Source of the DNA: Verrucomicrobiia bacterium
Lineage (GTDB): Bacteria; Verrucomicrobiota; Verrucomicrobiia; CAIQCK01
Assembly (NCBI GenBank): GCA_041667205.1
Contig: JBAYFL010000015.1
Span: 83,263 to 147,262, forward strand
DNA length: 64,000 nucleotides
Reading direction: 5' to 3'
The position numbers and the translations under genes were made by a program. The notes beneath the pieces were generated by a model. That model did not search any database, had not been told where the DNA came from, and was given only the letters and a program-made list of their open reading frames with translations. The first letter of the stretch is position 1; each line of letters opens with the position of its first letter. Below, piece after piece: positions 18,728 through 28,085 of this stretch.

Positions 18728-21082
18728 CTAGTCCGCCGCCGCGCTCTCGTGGCCGAACGCGCAGAAGAGCATCTCCATCGTCCGCTGGCGCATCTCGCGC
18801 GCAAACTCGAACGCCGTGTCGTCCGCCGCCTCGGTCATGCGGATGCCGGCGCGATGGCGCAGCCGCTTGGTGAACATCCGGAACTCGCCGATGGCGCTGT
18901 CTTGGTTGCCGCCGATGGTGCGCGTGTCTCGGCCGAGTTGCTTGGCTTGCTCCAGCTTCTTCTCGTGGCTTTCGTCGCTGTCAATGAGTTGAATCACCTT
19001 CTCAATGAGATGGCGCGCGGCGGGCGGTGTGCGCTCGTCGAGCTTGCGTTTCTCATAAACCTTGCCGAACTCGGCGAGATAGCTGTCGAACTCATCCGCC
19101 AGCGAGGCTAATTGCGGTTTCTCGTTCTTCGTCTTCGCCAGCCAAGAGTGCGTCTTCTTGCCCCAGTCGAGAAATTCGTTCATCCGGCTGCGGATGCCGA
19201 GGACAAAGTTGTTCATCGCGTCGAGCCGCTCCAGCAGGAACTGTTTCTTCGCCTTTTCCTCGCCGGCATCGAAAATCTTCTCGTATTCACCAGTGACGAA
19301 ACACGTGGCCGGCCATTTGTCGCGCTCGACGCGCTTGATCTGAAGCTCCTCCGGGAGCGACGCCTTCGGCGTGCCTTCGAGCGCGGCGGCCAGCGCGTCC
19401 ATCACAGCGAACACACCCACCGGGCTGCCCTCCAGCGTGCCGAACGGATAGACCACCGCCGAGCGGTTATCGTCGTATTGGATGTCGGGCACCGGCTCGA
19501 ACTTCGTCTTGCGCAGGAAGCAAGTGTCGCCTTCGATGCAGGGCGGGTAGGCGAAGCTGCCGCGCGCCGAGGTCCAGATCGTCCGTGCTTTCCGCAGTTC
19601 GAAGCCGACGCCTTCATAACGATTCGTGCTTACGCGGATAGGGCATTTCCACGAGTCGGTCAGCCCGTCCGTCCGTTGGTAGTCGGCGCGCCATGCCGCG
19701 CGGAACGGCACCTTCCAGTCCAGCTTCGTGTCCTTCACCGGATGGAGATCGCCCTGCCGTCTTTCATGCCAGATGCCCCGCGCCGCCAGCACGGCGACCC
19801 AAACCGCAGGCTCTTTCTCTTTTGAAAAACCGATCTCCGCCGTGGAGATGGCGCGGCCTGCGCCAGAACCATCGAGGTGGAGATTCACACGCTGGCTCGC
19901 CGAGCGCCAGACGCTCATGACGATGGCGTTGCGGTCTTCGAGTAGTTCCAGCAACATGTGCTCGCTCGGAAACCTCAGCCGCGCGGCCTGTGCGTCGCCG
20001 GCACTGACAAGCAGGTCGCCGCAGAACGGGTCCGGCAGCACGGCGTATTTGGCCCGTGCCTCGACCAGGATTCTCTCCGCGCCGTCACCGGCTTGCATCT
20101 CGATGATCGGCTGGCCGCGCTTGACGGTGTAACGTGCCGCAATCTTCCCGCCAGCCTCGGTGGTCGCGTTCGCTTCGAGAACAATTCTCCGCGCCGTGTT
20201 CTCGATCACCTTGAACGAATCAACCGCCTTGGTTTTGTCGCTGCCCGCGCCCGCCGCGACAAGTGTCGGGCCTTTGACCATTTCCTCGCCGAGGCGGTAA
20301 TAGCATTCCGGCCCCTTCGAACCTTTGCGCAAGACCAGCGCGAGATAGCTGTTCGCCGCGCAGAGATTGCCTTTGCAGATACCGTCAGCGCGGCCCGCGG
20401 CGATTTCGGTCCAGCCGGTTCGTTTCGTCACCACCTCGTCCGACAGCGCGGCCGACGACGAGGCCCCCGTGTCAAACAACCGGACCGCCTCGGCCACCTC
20501 TTGCTTTCGGGCGAGTTGCTTGTAGGGCACGTAGTCGCCTTCGTAGAGCCGGAACATGTCTACCCGGTATTCGCAACTGGCTTGCGTGCAACTGATGTAA
20601 GCAAACCATCCTTCGGGATAATCCTTCTCGGCCTTGAACGTGTGGTGAAGTTCTACCCAACCTTCCGCGCCCAGCGTGACCTCTTTGCTCGCCATCACGC
20701 GGTCGTAAGGTTTCGCGCGGCGCTCGATCTGCAGACGGACCGCCGCCGGCTCCCTCACGGCTTTCGCCAGCACGGCGAAGGTGTAGGTCTTTCCCTTCTG
20801 GCCGCCCGCCACGCTCTGTCCGAATTGCGTTCCCCAGCCCTTTACCTCGCCAATCGTCACGCGCACGCAGCGGTCGCCCGCCGCCGCGTCGGCGGTGTCC
20901 ACGGCAAACTGGCAAACGGTGCCGCGGTCCCTGTCCACACGCCAGCCATCCTCGCCACCGCCCCGCTTCTCAAAGCTGGCGTTGGCGAAAAGGTTTTCAG
21001 CCGCATGGGTCGCCTTCGGAGCCAGCGCGCTTTGGAGGACGAACAACAACGATAAAACCAAGACCGCGCGATGATGAATCAC
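18728..21082 (-). CDS. Large exported protein with N-terminal CBM4/9-like carbohydrate-binding module, remainder uncharacterised
   Basis: Signal peptide. N-terminus NLFANASFEKRGGGEDGWRV...CVRVTIGE resembles CBM_4_9. The complementary strand ORFs are Arg-rich artefacts. Confidence 0.45.
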   Translation of the reverse strand: MIHHRAVLVLSLLFVLQSALAPKATHAAENLFANASFEKRGGGEDGWRVDRDRGTVCQFAVDTADAAAGDRCVRVTIGEVKGWGTQFGQSVAGGQKGKTYTFAVLAKAVREPAAVRLQIERRAKPYDRVMASKEVTLGAEGWVELHHTFKAEKDYPEGWFAYISCTQASCEYRVDMFRLYEGDYVPYKQLARKQEVAEAVRLFDTGASSSAALSDEVVTKRTGWTEIAAGRADGICKGNLCAANSYLALVLRKGSKGPECYYRLGEEMVKGPTLVAAGAGSDKTKAVDSFKVIENTARRIVLEANATTEAGGKIAARYTVKRGQPIIEMQAGDGAERILVEARAKYAVLPDPFCGDLLVSAGDAQAARLRFPSEHMLLELLEDRNAIVMSVWRSASQRVNLHLDGSGAGRAISTAEIGFSKEKEPAVWVAVLAARGIWHERRQGDLHPVKDTKLDWKVPFRAAWRADYQRTDGLTDSWKCPIRVSTNRYEGVGFELRKARTIWTSARGSFAYPPCIEGDTCFLRKTKFEPVPDIQYDDNRSAVVYPFGTLEGSPVGVFAVMDALAAALEGTPKASLPEELQIKRVERDKWPATCFVTGEYEKIFDAGEEKAKKQFLLERLDAMNNFVLGIRSRMNEFLDWGKKTHSWLAKTKNEKPQLASLADEFDSYLAEFGKVYEKRKLDERTPPAARHLIEKVIQLIDSDESHEKKLEQAKQLGRDTRTIGGNQDSAIGEFRMFTKRLRHRAGIRMTEAADDTAFEFAREMRQRTMEMLFCAFGHESAAAD

Positions 21083-21118
21083 AGTTGACCTTTTGAAGTC
21101 TATGCCCCGCCAATGCCG

Positions 21119-21580
21119 CTACGACTTATGCCGTTTCACGATGATCAGGTAGCTCTTCTTGGCTGGCTCGGCAACAAAGTCAGCGGGGCGGTCCTGGGTG
21201 TTTCCGGTGGTGGTGACGCACCAGAACAATGTGTCACCCTCGATCTTGAAGATGCCGGGGAAAGCCTTGCCCTTGAAACCGCCGGTGGCGCCGGTGGCGT
21301 CCATGCTCTTGCCGTCGGCCGAAAGTTTGAAGTCACCCTCGGCGATAGGTTTTTCTTCGGGCAGCCGTTTGCCGTTGATGTGGTTGCCCTTGAAGGTCAG
21401 TTCCAGCGCAACACCTTTGTCCGGGTTCTCGCCCTTACCGGAGCTGAACCTCGCGCCGCGCCAGGCGCCCTGGAGGGCCTTGCCGTCGGCAGCGGGAGAA
21501 GTCGCCGGAAAGAGTAGGATCAATCCAAGCCCCGCAGCCAGAACTGTTCCCGGCAGGAATGAAATGACGGAGTGTTTCAT
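21119..21580 (-). CDS. Small exported lipocalin-like protein (TIGR03067-like, PVC-clade uncharacterised domain)
   Basis: The ORF-track entry of 360 aa is an upstream extension overlapping the neighbouring gene. The real start is MKHSVISFLPG at 21580 with a signal peptide and the LQGAWRGARFSSGKGE (LxGxW...G) pattern; 153 aa. Confidence 0.5.
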   Translation of the reverse strand: MKHSVISFLPGTVLAAGLGLILLFPATSPAADGKALQGAWRGARFSSGKGENPDKGVALELTFKGNHINGKRLPEEKPIAEGDFKLSADGKSMDATGATGGFKGKAFPGIFKIEGDTLFWCVTTTGNTQDRPADFVAEPAKKSYLIIVKRHKS

Positions 21581-21696
21581 GGGAAGTGTCCTCGTTATCA
21601 AAGTGACGGAAGCATTGTTGTTCGCCGGCATGGCAACCGTGCTCAACTTGCCAACTAGCGCGGACAGTATGCCAGCGGCCGAAGTTCTTGGCAAAG

Positions 21697-24600
21697 TCAA
21701 TCGGATGTTTTCGGCGCACACAACGTCACCGGCCCGAACAAACCCGACGGCATCAACGGCGTGTCCTTGGTCAGCTTGCGGATGTTGGTCTTCGTGAACC
21801 GCTTCTCCGGCGGCAGCGAGGCGTCGCCGATGATGCGGTTCGGCCAGAAGTTGATGACCTCGACCTGAAGCACGTTGCCCATTGGCTTCAATGCGCCGGT
21901 GATCTCCACGCGAAACGGCGGCGTCCAGACGATGCCGAGCGAGCGGCCGTTGAGCCGGACTTCGGCCAGTTCGCGCAAGTCGCCAAGGTCGAGGAAGAGG
22001 CGTCGAGCGTGGGGCGTGGGGCGTGGGGCGTCGAAGGTTTTCGTATAACTCGCGGTGCCGGAGTAGAACTTGATGCCGGGATCGGCGTTCTCTGTCCAAG
22101 ACGCAAGCTTGTTGAACACAATGGGACGGGTGTCGGAACGAAGCATCTCCCTGGCGTCTCGCTCTGGAGCGGACCAACCGGGTGGGAAGTGCGCGGTCCA
22201 CGGCGCGGCCAGATCCTGCACCACCTCAAGTTTCAGCGTGTTGCTCTTCGCGGTCGCGGGATGCCCGGATGCCGGCGCGCGGAAGACCACGAACCACGAA
22301 CCGCAGGGCGCGAACTCCAGCGGCAGGCTCGTGCGGCCGTCGGCTTCGGTGTATGCAGCGGCGAATCGCTGCTCGCCGCTCACAGCATCCCACAACTCCG
22401 GCGCCTTGCCGGCGACGCGGAAAGCGCAGGTAGCGTTGACAGCAACGTTGGTGCGGTTAGCGACGAAGTAAATATCAGTGTTGCCGTCGCGGCGGTGGAT
22501 GTAATTCAGGCCGGCATCACCGCAATCAAAGTCGGGCTTCACGCCAGTCGCCAACAGCGTCTCGCGGGCGGTCTTGCCGGCGATAACGCGGCCTTTGTCC
22601 CAGAGCGCGGCAGTGATCTCCTTCACCTCGTCATCGTTCCTCGCCGTATCCTTCAGCCCTGTCGCTTCAACCGGCTTCGGACCGATGACGGTCGCGCCAG
22701 ATGCCACGAGTTCCTTCACCTTGCGCAGCACGGGCAATGAAATCGCCTTGTGATCAGGCAACACGAGCACGCGGTAGCTCATGCCATCCGGCAACACGAT
22801 GCGGCCATCCTTCACCGATGCTCGCTCCAGCAATGCCTCTTCAGTGATGACATCGTAGTCGTAGCCCGGCAGCACGCGCGCGGGATCGGTGAGCTTGTGC
22901 TGGGCGAAGTTTGGAACGTGGTCGCCGTAGTAGTAGCAGACATCGGCGACGAACAGGCCGCGCTGGAGCATCGCCTGGCAGCGGTTGATGTAGCTGAAGA
23001 ACGGGCCGGACTTCGTCCACCACGTGACGTTTGGATTGAGGTGCGTGCCGGCGAAATACTGGAGGCCCGGCATGCCCTGCGCTTCGGGCGAGCAAACAAA
23101 CGCGTGCCAGACCAACAGGTTCAAACCCTCGCAGAGCGCGTGGTCGAACGACGGCTTGAGGTTGTTCCACAGCGTCTCCTGCCAGTGCGGTCCGATGGTG
23201 GTGAAACCTTCTGCCAGCACGAGCCGCCGGCCGTAGGTGTGCGCAGCGGAGGCGGGTTGCTTGACGAAAAACCGATTCGAGTCACCGATGCGGTGCCGCC
23301 ACGACCATGCCCAGAACTCGCTCATTGGCGCGTCGTCGAAGCCGAGACATCGCTGCGCGTCAATCGGCACCGCGTGCGGCCCGCCCGACTCCGGATGGAT
23401 GAGCAGACCGTGCTTGTGCGCGCCGTCGCGGAACGGGCGGTAGTGGTTGTCAATCGCGAGGTCGCCGAGCGTCTTGCGGAAGTCGTGGAGGAAACGGTTG
23501 CTCGCGGCGCGGCTCTCGACGATCCGGCCCGCCAGCACCGGCGTCCACGGCGTCATATCATAGCCGCGGCGTTTCCGGAACTCCTTGCGCATCGCCGGCG
23601 TCCAGTTCAGCGGCTCGACCTCCCAACTGTCCGTGTGCAAATATTTCAGCGCTTTGCCGGCGAGCGGGCCGGCGTCGGCGATGAGCGGCTCCACCACAGA
23701 GTCCCAGTAGCGCTGGAACGCGCCGGCATCAAGCACGTCGAGTGAGAAACCTTCCCAGCCTTCGCTACAGGTCGAGACGTGTGAGTGGTTGCCGATGGTG
23801 CAGCCGAAACGAAACACCCGCCACGCGCCGGCCGGCGCAGCCCAGCGCAGCGTGCCGTCCTTGTCGAGTTTGTCGGTGAGGTCGAGCACGTCGGCGGCGC
23901 GCGTGTCCTCTTCGCCCGGCTCGGCAGGCGTGTCCTCCAGCAGTGGCGTCGTATCCGGCGCGGAGAAGTGAAGCGGCTTGTGGCCGGCCTTTTGCTCCCA
24001 ATTCTGGATCGGCCGCCGTTTGTCACCGTCGGGCCATGTGCCATCCTTGCCGGAAAACCGCAACTCGGCGATCTGAGTGTTACGCGGCGCCCGCGGCGAG
24101 AGTGGATCGTGGCTGCCGAAGATTGCGAGCCGGAAGCTTCGACCCGTCACGGCGTCGAACGTCACGACAGTCTCCTTTTTCTCCTCCGCCGTAAACGCCT
24201 TCACGGCGCGGAACGCCTTGCCGTCGTCGGAGACTTGCAGTTCGCACTCCTTCGGCCCGTAGCCGGGACGCGGCTGGAGTGTCAGCCGCTCCACGCTTGT
24301 CGGCGCAAGGAACTCGAACTGCACCCAAGCCGGCCGTTCACGCGACGGACCGACGCGGAGCTTGCCGGTGGTGGAAACCCAAAACGTCTTCGGATCGCCG
24401 TCGCTCAGCGCCTTCAGTGGATGACCGGGCAGTTCGGAACACGACTTGAGGCCGGCGAACACGCTCTTCTTCGCATCGGCGGGCTTCAGACGATACGCGA
24501 CGACGAACGCGTCGCGGTAGTAATTGTCGCGGCTGGCGGGCTGCGGCAGTTGCTGCGCGAACTTCGCCGGCCCCGTCACGCGCGTCTCCGACCACACGAG

Positions 24601-25050
24601 CTTTTTCGCCGCGTCATCGGCGGTGACCATCGGGCCGCCGAGGTTCCAGCCGCTCTGGATGTTGAGGCTCATCTCCAATCCGAGCCGGTCGGCTTCGCGG
24701 AGCGTGTGTTTGTAAAGCTCGCGCCATTCCGGCGAGAAGAACGTCGGCCCGTGCGGTGCACGGTCGTTGCCGTCCTGGCTGGAGCCGTCGGCGTCACAGA
24801 TGAGCGCGCCGCTGAAGCCCTTGGCCTTCATCTCTTCGAGGTCGCGCGTGATGGCGGCCTTGTCCACGCAACCGTTGAGCCACCACCAGTAGGCGCGGAG
24901 CCGCGCGTCGCGAGGCGGGTTGTTCCAGTCCTGCTCCAGGTCCGCCGCAGCGGCTGCCATCGGCAACAGGATCGCGCCGAGCGCAACCAGTCGCGTCATG
25001 AAATGCCATCGGGGTTTGTGAGCGTTCATCGTTCTGCCTTTCGGGGGCAT
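21697..25050 (-). CDS. Large exported glycoside hydrolase (GH106/GH2-sugar-binding-like; NPP...R...WWWLNG N-terminus)
   Basis: About 1100 aa with a signal peptide. The N-terminal block NPPRDARLRAYWWWLNG is as in alpha-L-rhamnosidase-like GH106 and related families. The exact family is uncertain. Confidence 0.5.
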   Translation of the reverse strand: MPPKGRTMNAHKPRWHFMTRLVALGAILLPMAAAAADLEQDWNNPPRDARLRAYWWWLNGCVDKAAITRDLEEMKAKGFSGALICDADGSSQDGNDRAPHGPTFFSPEWRELYKHTLREADRLGLEMSLNIQSGWNLGGPMVTADDAAKKLVWSETRVTGPAKFAQQLPQPASRDNYYRDAFVVAYRLKPADAKKSVFAGLKSCSELPGHPLKALSDGDPKTFWVSTTGKLRVGPSRERPAWVQFEFLAPTSVERLTLQPRPGYGPKECELQVSDDGKAFRAVKAFTAEEKKETVVTFDAVTGRSFRLAIFGSHDPLSPRAPRNTQIAELRFSGKDGTWPDGDKRRPIQNWEQKAGHKPLHFSAPDTTPLLEDTPAEPGEEDTRAADVLDLTDKLDKDGTLRWAAPAGAWRVFRFGCTIGNHSHVSTCSEGWEGFSLDVLDAGAFQRYWDSVVEPLIADAGPLAGKALKYLHTDSWEVEPLNWTPAMRKEFRKRRGYDMTPWTPVLAGRIVESRAASNRFLHDFRKTLGDLAIDNHYRPFRDGAHKHGLLIHPESGGPHAVPIDAQRCLGFDDAPMSEFWAWSWRHRIGDSNRFFVKQPASAAHTYGRRLVLAEGFTTIGPHWQETLWNNLKPSFDHALCEGLNLLVWHAFVCSPEAQGMPGLQYFAGTHLNPNVTWWTKSGPFFSYINRCQAMLQRGLFVADVCYYYGDHVPNFAQHKLTDPARVLPGYDYDVITEEALLERASVKDGRIVLPDGMSYRVLVLPDHKAISLPVLRKVKELVASGATVIGPKPVEATGLKDTARNDDEVKEITAALWDKGRVIAGKTARETLLATGVKPDFDCGDAGLNYIHRRDGNTDIYFVANRTNVAVNATCAFRVAGKAPELWDAVSGEQRFAAAYTEADGRTSLPLEFAPCGSWFVVFRAPASGHPATAKSNTLKLEVVQDLAAPWTAHFPPGWSAPERDAREMLRSDTRPIVFNKLASWTENADPGIKFYSGTASYTKTFDAPRPTPHARRLFLDLGDLRELAEVRLNGRSLGIVWTPPFRVEITGALKPMGNVLQVEVINFWPNRIIGDASLPPEKRFTKTNIRKLTKDTPLMPSGLFGPVTLCAPKTSD
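22007..22027. repeat. (GCGTGGG)x3 heptanucleotide repeat inside the glycoside hydrolase CDS (encodes PRPTPHA on the minus strand)
   Basis: Direct reading of 22001-22031: cgtcgagcgtggggcgtggggcgtggggcgtcg. Confidence 0.8.
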
Positions 25051-25200
25051 TTCAACAGCCCGCGCCCCGCACCGTCAACGAATACTATTGCGCTGCACCG
25101 GTTTTCCCTGCTTAATCCCGCGCTTAATTTGCCGGCCAAATCGCCGTTGAGAGATGATGATGGCTGGCGCTTAAAGAACTGTTACAAACGGAAAGCCATG

Positions 25201-26408
25201 TCACATACATTGCGCGGTAATGTTGTCATCGGGCAGTCGGGTGGTCCGACCGCCGTCATCAATCAATCGCTCGTCGGCGTCATCGAGGCGCTTCGAGGCA
25301 AGCCGGGCATCGAGAAAATCCTCGGCTGCGTCCACGGTGTCTCCGGCATCGTCAAGGACCACTACGTCGAGCTGCAGGACCTTTCGCAGGCGAAACTGGA
25401 CCGCATCGCCGGCACGCCGTCCTCGGCGCTCGGCTCCAGCCGTGACAAACCTGACGCGGAGTATTGCAAACGCATCTTCGCGTCTTTCGAGAAGCAGAAC
25501 GTCCGCTACTTCTTCTACATCGGCGGCAACGACAGCTCCGACACCTGCCGCATCGTCAACGAGATGGGCCGCGAGCACCGCTACGAACTGCGGGCGTTCC
25601 ATGTGCCGAAGACCATTGACAACGATCTCCAGCACAACGACCACACGCCCGGCTTCGGCTCGGCGGCGCGGTTCGTGGCATGCGCGTTCATGGGCGACAA
25701 CCTCGACAACCTCGCGTTGCCCGGCGTAAGATCAACGTCATCATGGGCCGTCACGCGGGCTTCCTCACCGCTGCCTCCATGCTCGGCCGCCGTAGCGAAG
25801 CCGACGGGCCGCACTTGGTCTATGTGCCCGAGGTCGTGTTCCATGCCGACAAGTTTCTCGCCGACGTGGACGCAGCCTGCAAGAAATGGGGCCGCTGCCT
25901 TATCGCCGTCAGCGAAGGCGTCCACGACGAACACCGTCGGCCGATGGCGGCGAAACTGGCCGAGATGTCCGGCGCGCCCATCGAGCGTGACAGCCACGGC
26001 AACGTCCAGCTCTCCGGTTCGGGCGTGCTGGGCGATTTCCTCGCCGACCTCATCAAGAAGCAGCTCAAGATCAAGCGCGTGCGCGCCGATACTTTCGGCT
26101 ACCTCCAGCGGTCGTTCGCCGGCTGCGTTTCCGAATCGGACGCCCGCGAAGCGCGCGAGTCCGCCCACGAGGCGGGCAGGCTGGCGGTATCGGGCGAGCA
26201 CGACGGCTCCGTGGCCATCCAGCGCGTCAGCGACGATCCCTACAAGGTCACCTACAAACGCATTGAGTTGACCGACGTGGCCGCCAAGACGCGCCATCTC
26301 GACCCGTCGTTCATCGTCAACGGCAACAACATCGCCGACAGCTTCAAGACCTACGCCCTGCCGTTGGTCGGCAAGCTGCCGGAAGTGGACACGGTGATCG
26401 AGAGGTAA
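25201..26408 (+). pseudogene. 6-phosphofructokinase (probably PPi-dependent type) interrupted by a frameshift near 25720-25730
   Basis: The N-terminal 175 aa (GQSGGPTAVINQSL, GGNDSSDT, PKTIDNDL) are in frame 1. The continuation (KINVIMGRHAGFLTAA...) is in frame 0. Removing 2 nt at ccc-ggc-GT-aag restores ...LALPG KINVIMGRHAG. Either an authentic pseudogene or a sequence error. Confidence 0.65.
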
Positions 26409-26430
26409 CGACCGGCGAAAGACGTTTGCG

Positions 26431-26466
26431 AGAAAAAGCCCGCGCAACTCGCCAGAGTTGCGCGGG
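26431..26466 (-). terminator. Intrinsic terminator: perfect 13-bp stem (GCCCGCGCAACTC / GAGTTGCGCGGGC) with a 4-nt loop, followed on the minus strand by TTTTTC
   Basis: Read from the sequence. It sits immediately 3' (minus strand) of the partial tRNA-Cys copy. A diverged version of the same hairpin follows the intact tRNA-Cys at 27638-27667. Confidence 0.5.
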
Positions 26467-26471
26467 CGAAG

Positions 26472-26515
26472 CTGGAGGCGGGTTGGAATTGAACCAACGC
26501 ATAGGATTTTTGCAG
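26472..26515 (-). repeat. Diverged partial copy of the tRNA-Cys 3' segment (anticodon loop to CCA), att-like direct repeat
   Basis: The reverse complement CTGCAAAAATCCTATGCGTTGGTTCAATTCCAACCCGCCTCCA matches 27663-27706 at about 40 of 45 positions. It has a compensatory T-stem change (GTCGG/CCGAC to GTTGG/CCAAC). Confidence 0.6.
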
Positions 26516-27662
26516 CCGCAACGGGAAGCACCACCACCCCAACACAAGCTGGCCAGCTTGCGCCCTAGTTAAACAGGCATCACCTTAACTGTAGAGCAGT
26601 CTCTGCCAGTACCTCATTTCAAGACTGTTGCTTCCTTACTCGGCTTGTCACCAGCCACTGTAGGTCCTGCTGTCGGGTCTCAAGTGCTTGTCGCAACCTT
26701 TGCGACTTGACTGGGCGAATGTCGCAGGCGTAGGTTTCAAATCATCGTAGGAGCCATTGAAATGAAAACTCTGGGAAATCTCATTACACTCGCAGCCACG
26801 CTTTTGGTGGCCGTCAGCCCACAGGCTGCGGACAAAGCCCAGGTCGAGAACTATCGCAAGGCCGCTGAGCAGGGTAGCATATTTGACCAAACCATGCTCG
26901 GCAGTTGCTACGAATACGGGAACGGCGTGACCAAGGACTCAACCGAGGCAGTCAAGTGGTATCGCAAAGCTGCCGAGCGAGGTGACAAAGCAGCGCAAAT
27001 CTTGCTGGGTTTCTGCTACAAAAACGGGGAAGGCGTTGCGACGAACGAAGTTGAAGCCGTCAAGTGGTTTCGCAAGGCCGCCGAGCATGGAAACCAATCA
27101 GGCCAATACATGCTCGGTTTTTGCTACCAATACGGGAAAGGCGTGCAGTCAAATTACGTGGAAGCGCACAAGTGGTTTAGCCTCGCAGCCGACCAAGATT
27201 ACGAAATAGCAAAGAGAACCCGATCCGAAGTCGGGCAGTTGATGACAAAAGAACAGGTTGCCGAAGCGCAGCGGTTAGCTCGCGAATTCAAGCCGCAAGA
27301 AGCACCTTGAACGTTGGTGCTGTCACCTTCTCGCGCTCTTGATTCCGATCTCGGCAACAGCGTCACGATAGGGATGGCCCTTTCGAGGAAGTAATCCACA
27401 TATTCCCGGTGCCAGTCTGGATTGTCCAACCGTCCTTTTATTCCTATTGTGTCTTTTTCAGTTCTGGGGGGGCAGGCTTGACTAGATGTGGGTCGCGTTC
27501 GTTGTCAGGAATGTAAACAACTGCGTGGCCTTGGGAAAGGGCTGCCCACACACCGAAATCGTTGTGGGGTCGTGGTATCACTTTCGGCATCACAGCCTTT
27601 CTCGCTGTGTTTGCCACCAAAGAAGAAGCCCGCGCAACTCGTTGAAGTCACGCGGGCTGAAT
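26516..27662. mobile_element. Putative degenerate tRNA-Cys-targeted integrated islet (about 1.15 kb, lower GC), bounded by the intact tRNA-Cys and the partial 3' copy; no integrase present
   Basis: Direct-repeat flanks as above. The interior is visibly AT-richer than the surrounding genome and carries only a Sel1-repeat gene plus non-coding DNA. Confidence 0.4.
26762..27310 (+). CDS. Sel1-like repeat (TPR-family) exported protein
   Basis: Signal peptide. Three consecutive Sel1 repeats (GSCYEYGNGVTKD...AVKWYRKAAE, GFCYKNGEGVATN...AVKWFRKAAE, GFCYQYGKGVQSN...AHKWFSLAAD). Confidence 0.75.
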   Translation: MKTLGNLITLAATLLVAVSPQAADKAQVENYRKAAEQGSIFDQTMLGSCYEYGNGVTKDSTEAVKWYRKAAERGDKAAQILLGFCYKNGEGVATNEVEAVKWFRKAAEHGNQSGQYMLGFCYQYGKGVQSNYVEAHKWFSLAADQDYEIAKRTRSEVGQLMTKEQVAEAQRLAREFKPQEAP

Positions 27663-27737
27663 TGGAGGCGGGGGTCGGAATTGAACCGACGCATAGGAGT
27701 TTTGCAGACTCCTGCCTTACCACTTGGCTACCCCGCC
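27663..27737 (-). tRNA. tRNA-Cys (anticodon GCA), CCA encoded, U73 discriminator
   Basis: The reverse complement folds as a cloverleaf: acceptor GGCGGGG/CCCCGCC, anticodon stem GGAGT/ACTCC with loop CTGCAAA, T-arm GTCGG-TTCAATT-CCGAC, discriminator T, CCA. Confidence 0.85.
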
Positions 27738-28085
27738 TCGGGGCTGGCCGCAACCGTCGCGACCGAAGGTTCGAAAATAATACAGATCGAAGTTCCGAAT
27801 GCAACAGCGGAAGCAAGTTTTTGAAAATGCCCGCGGGTTTTTGGTTGCGGCGGGCGGCCAACTGTCTAGGATGGGAACGGTTGTTCCTTTCACGCACTCA
27901 TGGAGACTATGGACACGGTTCCGACCAGGCCGGCAGCGGCCCACGGAGTTTGGTCACGCGGGGCGCACGCTTGCAGCGCGCGCCCGGCGGCAATGAGTGC
28001 GCCCAGCGAGGTTTGCCGGCCGACGCCAAATGTTTTCGAAATTGAATTGTAGTGAACCCTTAACCTGTAACCTGAGTTAAATACC

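Noticed and set aside
21119-22201. 360-aa version of the small lipocalin-like gene
   Set aside because: The N-terminal 207 residues are Arg-rich and overlap the GH gene on the same strand in another frame. A clean signal peptide starts at the internal Met (21580).
23785-26271. 828-aa plus-strand ORF spanning the end of the large GH gene and the PFK gene
   Set aside because: Only the segment from 25201 (MSHTLRGNVVIGQSGGPTAV...) is PFK-like. The upstream 470 codons are antisense read-through of the GH gene.
26472-26515. Second functional tRNA-Cys gene
   Set aside because: Only the 3' 44 nt (anticodon loop to CCA) are present. No D-arm or 5' acceptor strand can be found upstream, so it is a partial copy (att-like repeat) rather than a gene.
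27199-27429. 76-aa minus-strand ORF in the islet (MDNPDWHREYVDYFLERAIPIV...)
   Set aside because: Two thirds of it overlap the Sel1 gene antisense. The remaining 39 codons have no recognisable similarity. It may be a gene remnant but is unsupported.
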